Of a DNA stretch of 64,000 bases, positions 1 through 10,144 are shown piece after piece. The DNA is from Isurus oxyrinchus. Its lineage: Eukaryota. The stretch is from contig JANJGN010000242.1 of NCBI GenBank assembly GCA_026770705.1, forward strand, positions 496,001 through 560,000. The letters are read 5' to 3'. The position numbers and the translations under genes are program-made. The notes under the pieces are model-generated. The model made no database searches. It was not told the DNA's origin and worked only from the letters and a program-made list of their open reading frames with translations. Positions within the stretch are counted from its first letter, which is position 1; each line of letters opens with the position of its first letter.

Positions 1-1879
1 ATGACGGGAAGCTGGAGACTGCAGCCCTGGACTGCACTGGGAGACCGGACCTCAGTGCTGGGCTGAAATATTTTAGGGGGATCGAGTTGATTGGCACAGG
101 GCGGTGTCGCTGAGATTGTTGATTTGCTGCACGGATCCCGGGTTGCTGGCTTAGTTTAGTGTGAATAAGAGAAAGGTTTATAAAAGGAGGCTGCAATTTT
201 CTGACTCTACATTTGGATTGTGATCCGGATGTGAAAGCCCCTCCCACAATACTCTGGGGTACAGGGGTGGGGGGAGGGGAGATTTTCTTTCTGCCAGTTG
301 GGCTGCCGCATTCCTTACCCCGCAGTGATGAACTAGGAGGTTGATGCATGTGCTGTACTGGGTGGTGGTTGTTTAAGGTGGAACGTGGGCCCAGGACGCA
401 AGGAAAATTCCCCCTCCCCGCTCTTACTCCAGTATTGCGGAGATTGTTTAACATCATCCTGAAAGGGCTGGCGGGACCTCAGTTCGACTCCTGATCTGAA
501 GTTCGGCGCCTCAGACCCGGCATCTTCCCTGGCCCAGCAACCGAGGAAAGGTTAGAATATGAAGTAGCCCAGTGACATTACCAATATCTTGGTAGGTCTG
601 CACAACATGCACATAAACTAGTTATGGTTAGTTCAGTTCGCTGGATTGCGAGCTTGTCGTTCGGAAAAATGTAACAGCACTGGTTCTATTGGGGTTCTGC
701 CTGAGGCAGTCTTGTGGCCTTCCTGCTCCTGCGGGTGGAAGGCAATTGTAAAGCAAAGCTAACAAGAAAGCAACTGCAGAAGCAACTGCAGAAAATCGGC
801 CATTGGCGGAGCAGACAAAAAAATAATGCAAAGAACAAACTCCCCTCGTCATTGAAACAATTGCTTCCCATACCAGCTCTGCGGCGGATTACAGACAAAT
901 GATGCTTCATGTCAGCTCTGTTTGATTTCCAGCTTGGGGACATTCAGAACTTCCGTTTGAACCGACACAGTTTGAAAAGACACCCGGAAGGGCAATGGAC
1001 TTTGGGGAAACACTGTGCTTGCAGCTTGCTTTAAAGTTCACATTCACTGCTTTCTGTTCTGAAAAAATGGGTTCTTTTTATTCGTTCACGCAATGTGGGC
1101 TTCGCTGGCAGGGCCAGTATTTATTGCCCATCCCTAGCTGCCTTTGAGAAGGTGGTGGTGAGCTGCCTTCTTGTCCACTGCAGACCCTGTCGTGTAAGAG
1201 CACCTGCTGTGCTGTTTGGGAGGCAGTTCCAGGATTTTGACCTAGTGGCAGCAGAGGAAAGGCGATATGTTTCGAACTCACGATGCTGAGTGATTCTGAG
1301 GTGTTAAGAATTATCTCTTACCCAGCAACAGCAACACTCGTCCCAATAAGCCCTATGACAAGGCCGAGGTCAAAGACTTCATAAACCTGCCTGCGCTGTT
1401 AGGGGAAATGCTGCGCAGAATTGAGGGCAGGGGCGGAAAGACCGTTAAGGGGCGAAAGGGACATTGAAACAGCTGCACATCTCACAAATAGGGCCGACAG
1501 CACGTCACATAGACGTGGCCGATTATTTGACCTTCAGCCGATGAAATCACAATTTTTTCTGCATGTCCGGCCAGTTGGTGAGTATTTTTTAATGTAATTG
1601 AAATGCGGCTTTGAGGCTACCACAGAGTGTAAAGTACTGTTTAAAATGAACATGTGCATGTCTAGTGCAGTATAAAAGTAATTAATATAAATAGGGATAT
1701 GGTCTGGAATGGTGTTAACAAAGACAGGGCTGGTGTGATATTAATAAATATCGGGTCTAATTCAGTAATCACTGAGGCGAGGCCTGTAGTGAAACATGTA
1801 GAAATGGCATCGTGTGCAACAGGGAACTTGATTAGAGCAGCCAGAACGAAGACAGGACCCCACGAAATCTAAATCGAGT

Positions 1880-2110
1880 CAAGAGTAGTGTTTTAAGTTC
1901 CTCCTTCCGGTTCAGCTCTTGATTTTCAAGTGCCTTTGGAAAGTTCTCTAAGTGTTCCACGGTAAAGACAGACACAAAATACTTGTGCAATGCCTCTGTG
2001 ATTTCCTTGCCTTCTATTATCAATTCCAGAAGTACACTACGGAGAAGACTAACACTAGCTTTAATCAATATTTCATTCTTTAAATACCTGTTGAAATTCT
2101 TACTCCCCAA
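1880..2110 (-). mobile_element. CR1-type LINE ORF2 fragment; copies at ~25410-25640 and ~54870-55100
   Basis: ELIIEGKEITEALHKYFVSVFTVE resembles the 'LNxYFxSVFT' linker of CR1 ORF2. Confidence 0.6.
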
Positions 2111-2631
2111 ATTTTGAAATATTCTACCTTTGTCATTCAGGACGAAATGGCGAAGATTCGGTTTCTGAACATCTTTCAGAATGAAGGGGTGGTGAATTGC
2201 CGTGGATATCACTGCACTGTGGTTACTCGCCAACCTGCGTCAATTCTGTTTTACCACCTCCAATATCGCTTGGAAGGTCTTAGATGTTCACTGAGTATTG
2301 GAGCTCGGTGATGGGGTACATTGTTCCACATGTCGCAGTCATGGCGTCTGCTGTTTTACACGAAGAAAACTAAACGGTTCCCTTAATATTGATGGAGCCC
2401 TTTAGGTCGACATCGCCGCTTGCCGCTGTGCCGGACACTTCCAGTATCACGCTCACACTCACACACACACACATTTAGCAATCTATCCTCTGCTGGACAC
2501 AGTCAAAATCACACACACAAACACACAAACACACAAACACAAACACGGACTCCTTTAGCCATCTACTTTCTTCTGGACACTGTTGGAAACTTTCTCTCTC
2601 TCTCTCTCTTTTTCACACACGCACACACACA

Positions 2632-3400
2632 CTCGGAGTAATCCAGAGATTACAACCCGAGAGGTCTTGCTTTTTAGTCTACTGCCTAACTCCCTGAATT
2701 CTTGATGCAAAACATCGTCGTCCTTTCGAACAATGTCATTGGTACCAACATGCACCATCACCTCTTCCTTATCCCTTTTCAGGATGCCATGCAGCCGTTC
2801 AGTGACATCGCAGACCCTGGCACCAGGGAGGCAACACACCATCCTAGAGACACTTTGACGGCCACAGTAGCAGCTATCTTTCCACTGACTACAGAATCCC
2901 CTATTACTATTATTCTTCCTCTCTTCCTCCCCTCCCGCACTGACAGGCTGCTTGTGGTGCCAGAAGCTAGGCTCTGTCTGTACTTCCAGGAGGAACCAGC
3001 GCCCTCATCAGCCCCCAAGATGGAATACCAATTTGCGAGCGGGACCCCAAGGGGCTCCTCAACTACCTGCCTGTTTCTCTTGGACTGCCTGGTCGTCACC
3101 CATTCCATTGCCTCCTCAAGTCCCTTCAGCTGCGGTGTGACAACCTCTGTAAACGTGCTATCCACGATGCTCTCAGACTTGCGGATGCTCCACAGTGTCC
3201 CCAGCTGCGGTTCCAGCTCTCAAACCCGAGATTCCAGGAGCTGCAGCTGGACACAATTCCTGCACACATGCTGGATCTGGGAACTGGAAATGTTCCCGGC
3301 TTCCTATATGGAGAACGAAGGGCACATCACGGCTTTGAGTTCTCTTGCCATGTTATATCCCTTTAAATTAAACCTTTCAAATCAATTATCTTCAGGACCT
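2632..3400 (-). mobile_element. CR1-clade LINE ORF1 (SGNH esterase) fragment; copies at ~26210-26950 and ~46870-47600
   Basis: IIVIGDS...VCCLPGARV...VHVGTND...VVISGLL motifs, frameshifted. Confidence 0.8.
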
Positions 3401-3788
3401 TCTTTCGTGACCCTCATTACTTCAGAATATACAAACTACAACCAATAAAAAGACTTCAAAATAGAAGCGATTGAAGTTGTAAATAGTTCACGACATTACC
3501 CACTACATGCCAGTCATTCCTGTCCCTTGTAGCCTCATTTGAATCAGCTCCCTTACCAATCTTTTAACTTGACTACTGTAGTTACAAAAATTAAAGAAAA
3601 ATTAAAGAAAAAGACTTACCAGTTCAATTCCGACTGTGCACCAAATTGCAAGTACTCTCACTCACTCTGGTTGTGTCTCACTCAGGATTAACCCACTCAC
3701 CTGTTCCTGTGCAAGCACCATGCTCAGATTTTTGTACAGCTCTCTCCGTGCTCTGTATTCCTGTGTGTCTGTAATCCCACCATGTTTA

Positions 3789-3827
3789 GGTTTTTGTACA
3801 GCTCTCTCCGTGTTCTGTACCACTGTG
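3789..3827 (-). other. 23-RSS of STCRdV-1
   Basis: cacagtg + 23 nt (gtacagaacacggagagagctgt) + acaaaaacc; perfect consensus heptamer and nonamer. Confidence 0.95.
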
Positions 3828-4133
3828 CTGTGCGCCGACTCAGTGCACAGTAATACACAGCGGATTCTCTCAGTTGCAGTTTGGTGATACTTAACCAGCT
3901 GATTTTCTCGGCAGCATCGACAGAAGCAGAAATTCTCCCCCTGGCAGCGTTTTCTTTATTTTCCTCTCCTGAAGTGTGTCTCTGAAGCAGATATTCCGGA
4001 GCCTGTCCTGGGGACTGACGATACCAGTGTACTGTGTACGGACAGAAACCTGAATATTCACAGCTTAAAGTAAGGGTGTCACCGGCAGCAGAGGTTTGTT
4101 CAGGCGGATTTCGGGAAATTATGGAACTGGAAT
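3828..4133 (-). CDS. Supporting TCR-delta V exon (STCRdV-1), leaderless, intact
   Basis: Acceptor ttttctatatcttctag, then phase-1 exon (D)SSSIISRNPPEQTSAAGDTLTLSCEYSGFCPYTVHWYRQSPGQAPEYLLQRHTSGEENKENAARGRISASVDAAEKISWLSITKLQLRESAVYYCALSRRT. Canonical C/W/YYC, extra CDR1 Cys, no leader exon found between it and the upstream NAR J. Confidence 0.93.
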
Positions 4134-5569
4134 CTAGAAGATATAGAAAAAGGACATTTTATTTTTGCTCAGCCACTGTTTGACCAGGTGAATATGTCAA
4201 TCGCGTGAATTGCTCTGCTTTCTGCAGTAATTTACTTGCTGGAAGCTTGTTTGAACCATGTTCACTCTTATGAAAATATAATCAAGTTGGGAATGAGATG
4301 GTATCTTGTTTTACATGGCGAACTCTTCCGATTATTGCTGCACTGTCTGAATTGGTGTTGTGGGCAGATTCCATTGTAAGTTTCAAACGGGTAATGGATC
4401 TCTACTGGAAATGTAAATAAAAATATAGAGCTATGGAGAAAATTCATGGGCAGTGTGAACAATTGGATTGCACTTTTAAAGGGTCAGCGCCTACACGAGG
4501 GGCCGAAGGTCATCTTTCCATGCTGGATAATTCTGTGAGTTATGTTACATTCCAGTTTCTATTTTCCTTGGTGAGACACAAACAGGAGGGAGCATTTCAT
4601 GTTCAGCGAGGCAACCAATTTCCAACAAAAACGATTTGTTGGACAGGAACGCAACTGTGTTGCATGACTGTGCACAACAATATCCAGCACAGACTGATGG
4701 GAATCGTCAGCACCGATTGGGCAAAACCGAGAGTGAGCATCAGTGGTCAACGGTTAATCATTTACTGCGGTTTAAAACTAATCAGGAATTTCTATCTGCC
4801 TTCTGCTCTATTTCTCAATGTTCTATCAATAGTGTCCTATTTCATGCAGATCAGCTTAATTTCAAATATATGCAATTAATTTCGTTTTATTTCTTTAATT
4901 TCTCATTCCCTTTATTTCACATTTTATTTGTGCACTTTGCGCTTTTTTCAATCGTGCGAACTCGCCCCAAAATCTCTAAGTTGTCAGTTGGGCTCAGTCT
5001 GTTCAGTTTCCGCAGCGGTTTTACTGTTGATCACAGGGAACTGCCTCTTCTGGCTCTCTGACAATTTCAACGCTTTCCGCAGGTTGACTAATTCTCTCTC
5101 AGGTTCACTGGGCGGAGGTTTCTCTCAAATTTACATTATCGAAGAAGAAGAATGTGGAAGAGGAATGGACCATTCAGCCTGTGTATATAATCAATTCCAG
5201 CCTGACCCCACCCGAAACCTAACTGACCATTTCCACCCAGCTCACTGTGTTGGTCTATTCCATTCTCCTCCTGCATTTTCCAGTGTTCCACTAAATATAT
5301 CAATACCAACTCCAACCTCTCCCTGTGGCAGCAGGTTCCACATTCTAAACTGCATTTGTTTCAATTCATTTGTCTTAAATGTTTTATTTGTTCTGTTAGT
5401 TACTGTCATATGCTGACGGCTACTGATTTAGACTCAATTTGTCCAGAGTAATACCGTTCATTATTGAAAAAATTCTATGGATATCCTTCAAAACTCTTTT
5501 TTCCGGAAAAAAGACACCTAGCCTGTTCAATCTTCCCAGAGAGATGTCGATTGTTGCTGATTTCTTTTC

Positions 5570-6140
5570 TCAGGAGTTTAAGAAATCAGGGCAGATAATC
5601 CCATCAATAGAAGCAGGAGCCGCCAGATCACCTTTCATACCTCCTCAGCCACTCAGTAATATCCGGGCTGATTTACAAGCTCAACATCACATTCACACCC
5701 CCTTCCCATACCCCTGATCCATTCAGTGTCCGAAAACCTGACGAATATTCTCTTGAATGCACGCAGATTATGAACATCCAGAGCTCTCCGAATTACGAAA
5801 TGCCACAGATTCACAACATTGGTTTTACTGAAGATATATCTTCCTTCTCAGATGACTCTTTATTCTGAAGCTGTAACCCCGAGTTATATACGCCTCAGTC
5901 TGGGAAACACCGGCCCAGAATCTGCCCTGTCAAAGCCCTTCAGAATATTTTATGTTTTCATGTGATCACCTCTCATTCTTCTAAACTCTAGGAAGTATAG
6001 ACCGAGATGACTAAATCTCTTCCCATTGGACAATCCCTTCATCACAGGAATCAGTTTGATGAACCTTTGTTGCACTCCTTCCAATGCAGATTGATCTCAC
6101 TTCTGTAAGGAGAACAAAATTTTACATAGCATTTTGGACT
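5570..6140 (-). mobile_element. CR1-type LINE 3' end in each post-J region (also ~12060-12620, 18480-19040, 20735-21270, 29070-29640, 35560-36120, 41980-42540, 44235-44770, 50160-50720)
   Basis: Degenerate ALEGVQQRFIKLIP.MKGLS...LGLYFLEFRR.RGDL...TRGHS C-terminal ORF2 motifs, duplicated along with the cassettes. Confidence 0.8.
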
Positions 6141-7052
6141 GGAGTCCATTTCAGTCATTTCCACCATTAACCTCCCCCAAAACCGAATCGGACTGTACAT
6201 TGAAAGTGGGCTGGAAATCATCCAATCCTTCTCTCACTTTCGATTATTTTTCCTTGCTGGATCTAAATGAGCATTCTCCTTGTTTGTAATTGTTTCCTTC
6301 TGTCCCTATTCTCCTTTATAAGATTAATGCATTACCCTGACTCGCTCACTGCACTGTGTTGTTTCAATTCACAGTAATCAGGGATACAGATACATTACAC
6401 CAATACCATCTCTCAAACATTTACATTCAATATACTGAAGTGACTGCAGTTCCAAACTTTCACATTTCGGTCTGAGAGTGGAAACGGAGGAAAGTGATTG
6501 GTTCTATGAAGACAATTGATAGAAATGGCGGCCACAATGTCAATAATTTCAGTCACTGATTGTCAAACAATAAAATTCCATCTGGACCCACATCAGGATC
6601 TCTTATATCTGAAATCCCTTGTCTCACTCTCCCCATTTGCTCCCGGGTCAGGTATTGAACGAGCCGCTGCAGGTCTCCGAACTGCCCGCAGTTTTGTTGA
6701 GTTTATTCACCCGGTACCCCATTCACATTTCGCGGCTCGGACTGCAATCTGCTGCCCAGGAGAGAGCTCTGTGACTCCGCTCCCGGACACTAAGGGACAG
6801 ATAGATCTCCCTCAGTCACAGTTAACACCGGGGGCTCAGTCCGGACTGTCGACAATCTCCGCTCATTAAAAGCGATTCAGAGTGTGAGAGTCCGTGATTT
6901 TGATTTTGTCCCCGATGTGCCCGTTACAACAATAATGGTCCAGATTCTGCCAAATCCCACATCCCACCTAAACTACAATAATCTCAATAATAAACTGACG
7001 GTGAACATTACACGGGACAGGCTGCAATCCAAAGGGTTTTGGAACTACATAC

Positions 7053-7105
7053 CGGCTGTGACAGTCACCACCGTCCCGGATCCATCCGCATAATAAGTTT
7101 CCCAC
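7053..7105 (-). CDS. NAR-TCR J segment (J1), intact donor
   Basis: WETYYADGSGTVVTVTA(G)|gtatgt with an IgNAR-like xGSGT motif. 23-RSS at 7106-7144 (heptamer cacgatg, nonamer acaacaacc). The phase-1 donor matches the STCRdV acceptor. Confidence 0.9.
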
Positions 7106-7495
7106 CACGATGACTCCGCTCTCAATCTCCCCGGTACAACAACCACCTGCCGTCAACCTGCCCCAACCTGCCGTCAAATCATCATTAGACAGCAGAAACT
7201 GCCCAATTATTCAGCGGGTTAAAATAAATAAAAAATGTTCAATGTTTCAAAGTCTATGTCGGTTCAAACTGTTCTATGTGAGGCCCTGAGCTCTGAGTAA
7301 ATGGTGCCGGGAACGAGATGCTCGCTTCATTTAAACCGGAAAAATATCAAGGAAAGAGAACTGAATGGTGGAAATTACAATGAAATTTAACCAGATTCCA
7401 AGGATAATAACATGAACCCCACAATTCACTATCCGGCCCCGCAGAATATATATTGTGATCTCAGAGAGGTATTTGCTCGGGTCTCTCCCACTGTG

Positions 7496-7511
7496 AGTTT
7501 CCCAGGCCCCA
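7496..7511 (-). CDS. NAR-TCR D segment (D1) tggggcctgggaaact
   Basis: Flanked by two 12-RSS: 7512-7539 (cacagtg-12-ataaaatcc on +) and 7468-7495 (cacagtg-12-gcaaatacc on -). Confidence 0.9.
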
Positions 7512-7903
7512 CACAGTGTTACAAGTCAGTATAAAATCCCCGGGGTACTTGGTGAGATGTGGGGACATGAGTTAAACACCGGGGACTGATGTTCCCGGTT
7601 CCAGGTGTTACACCAGGATCACATTGGTGTTAGAGGTTTGTACCTGGGATCAGTCATTCCCAATCCCCATTCACTGACAACAATCCCAGGAAAGACATCA
7701 ATTTCCCCACACACTCGTCAGTTTTAAAACACAAGATGTTAACTGCAATAATACAATCCCATTATAAACTAGACTGTGGGGCAGACGGTATGACGTGGAA
7801 GTGTAAGGGTTTAACTGCAAATTAACTCCGCTTTTTCTTTTGTTTCTGTGACAATCTGCAGTGAGAGTTTTTGTATCGCTGGTAGCCGAGGCCCATCACT
7901 GTG

Positions 7904-8380
7904 CTGTACTCGTACTGAGCTTTACAGTAATAGGTGGCGGTGTCTTCAACTCTCACATCCCGAATTTCCAGCGAAAATGTCTTTTCTGCTTTATTCACCG
8001 ACACAACAAATCTCCCCCCGCTGGAGATCCGTTCCCGCTCTGTCCCGGTTTGGGTTTGTCTGAAGAAATCCCCGCCCGCAAATGGACGAGCGTAGAAACC
8101 ACCATAGAAAACACAGGTGATGGTGAGAGACCGACACTCCTTCCTGGTCACCGCTGCCGGGGTCTGTACCACTGACTGACTGAAATAGCCTGTAAATTAA
8201 ACAGAAAGATTTTAATGGACCATGAGAGCCGAACTACAGAGCGGGGTTAAACCCCCAAACAGTGTTTGTAATTGCGATGGAGTCGGGCAGCTGTATGTTA
8301 AATCCACACAGTGTCGGTTTGTTTGATCGGTACTCACGGGGTAAACAGACCCACAGGATGAAAACAAGGAGGATTCCCAT
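7904..8380 (-). CDS. NAR-TCR V gene (V1), intact: leader 8338-8380, V exon 7904-8189
   Basis: Leader MGILLVFILWVCLP|gtgagt. Exon YFSQSVVQTPAAVTRKECRSLTITCVFYGGFYARPFAGGDFFRQTQTGTERERISSGGRFVVSVNKAEKTFSLEIRDVRVEDTATYYCKAQYEY. IgNAR-like (no CDR2, ISSGGRF, TFSL.I, EDTATYYCKA) with an FR1 Cys. RSS 7866-7903 is cacagtg-22-acaaaaact. Confidence 0.92.
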
Positions 8381-8406
8381 CGTTCTGCTGCCTGGAACTG
8401 AGGATC

Positions 8407-8506
8407 TATATGACGGGGAGCTGGAGACTGCGGACTTGGACGGCACTGGGAGACTGGACCTCAGAGCTGGCCTGAAATATTTTAGGGGGATCGAGTTGAT
8501 TTGCAC
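8407..8506 (-). promoter_or_regulatory. Putative NAR-TCR V promoter motifs (CRE half-site/TATA-like cgtcatata; octamer-like gtgcaaat)
   Basis: cgtcatata lies ~30 nt upstream of the ATG in every leader-bearing V. atttgcac occurs at 8499 and 14563 but is not kept in V4 or V1c. Confidence 0.3.
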
Positions 8507-10109
8507 AGGGCAATTTCGCTGAGATCATTGATTTGCCGCACGGTTCCAGGGTACCTGGCTCAGTGTTAAGTAAATTAGAGAGAGGTTTATGAAGGAGGCT
8601 GCAATATTCCGACTCTACATTTGGATTGTAATCCGGATGTGAAAGCCCCTCCCACAATACTCTGGTGCACAGGTGTGGGGGAGGGGAGCTTTTCTTTCTG
8701 CCAGTTGTGCTGCTGCCTCCTTTCCTAGCAGTGATGAGCAGGAAGGTCTTTGTAAGTATTTGTGTTGGGTGGTATGTGTTAAAGGTGGAATGTGGTCCCA
8801 GGACATCGAGAGAATCCCCCTGTCCCACTCCAATCCCAATATGCAGGAGATTGTTGCCTTGTTCTTGTCAATCCTGACGGGGTTACTGCTGTTTCGCAAA
8901 AGGAAATCACAAGGTTTGCTTTGAATACCCCTGCGAATTAGCCCCGCCAACACCGGAGTGTTCTTGAGCTATGAGCCCCACACGGGCTTCATTGATTAAC
9001 TGGACCCCGTACAATTAAACCAGTTGCCCCCCCCCCAAACCATTAACCAAAACTTATTACACTTGCAGCATTTCCAGTTCGGATAACATTTTACCGATCT
9101 GAAACGTTAGCTCTGATTCTCTCCCCCCTGAGAGGCATCCTAACCGGCTAACATTTACCTTTCCAGAAGTTTCTGTTCTTTTATTTCAGATTTACAGCTT
9201 TGGGGATCTCATCTTTTCGATTATTGCATCGTGTGGGATTGGAATGTCACCCCTGCTGCATTTAACCTGTCTCTGAGCTGTGCTGATTATCTTTGTTCGA
9301 TTCTAACGGCTCTAGTTCATTCGCCACTGCACGGAGGGACACCTCGCACCTAGAGACTGGGAAAAATGGTTGTTTTAAACATTTGCTTTATTCTTTCATG
9401 GGATGTGGGCGTCGCTGGTTTGTCAGCATTTATTGCCTTGCTCTAATTGCCCTTGTTCCAGGGTACTTAATAGTCAACCGCATTAATGTGGGCCCGGAGT
9501 CAGATGTAGGCCAGACTAAGTAAGGGCGGCAGATTTCCCTCCCTGAAGCACATAAGTGAAGCACTTTGGTTTATTAACGACAATCGGTAATGGTTCAGTG
9601 GTCATCATTAGAATTGTAAATCCAGATTATTAGGAGAATTGATATTGCACTGTGAATCCAGATTTGGAGGGTCAGCGTGTCTTCCAGGGTTAGCCCCTGA
9701 CTTTTGAAATATTCTATCTTTGTCTTTCAGGAAGAATTGGTGAAGATTCAGGTTCTGAACATCTTTCAGAATGAAGGGGTTGTGAATTGCCCTGGATATC
9801 ACTGCACTGTGGTTTTTCACCATCCGCCGTCAGTTCTGTTTTACCACCTCCAATATCGCTTGGAAGATCTGAGATGTTCACTGAGTATCGGAGCTCGGTG
9901 CTGGGGTACATGTTTCCACATGTCCCAGTCATGGCGTCTGCTGTTTTACACGAAGGAAACGATACGGTTCCCTTAATATTGATAGAGCCCTTCAATTCGA
10001 AATCGCCGATTGTTGCTGTGCTGGACACTGCCGCAATCAGACACACACGCCGCGCTCAGGCGCAGACACACACAACTTTAGCTATCGACCCTCTGCTGGA
10101 CACTGTCAT

Positions 10110-10144
<35 letters not shown>

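Noticed and set aside
2702-3448. 248-aa plus-strand ORF
   Set aside because: Antisense to the CR1 ORF1 remnant and broken in the other two copies.
3828-3834. 5-bp cacag duplication at the 3' end of STCRdV-1 and -3 as an alternative heptamer
   Set aside because: It would give a 28-nt spacer to the nonamer; it only lengthens the coding end.
4433-5717. Plus-strand ORFs recurring in three copies (MEKIHGQCEQ...)
   Set aside because: No recognisable domain; recurrence is explained by segmental duplication of intronic DNA.
7904-8380. Interpretation as secreted IgNAR clusters
   Set aside because: Single D, no IgNAR constant exons, and J is followed by a leaderless TCR-type V with a CDR1 Cys, which is the NAR-TCR arrangement.
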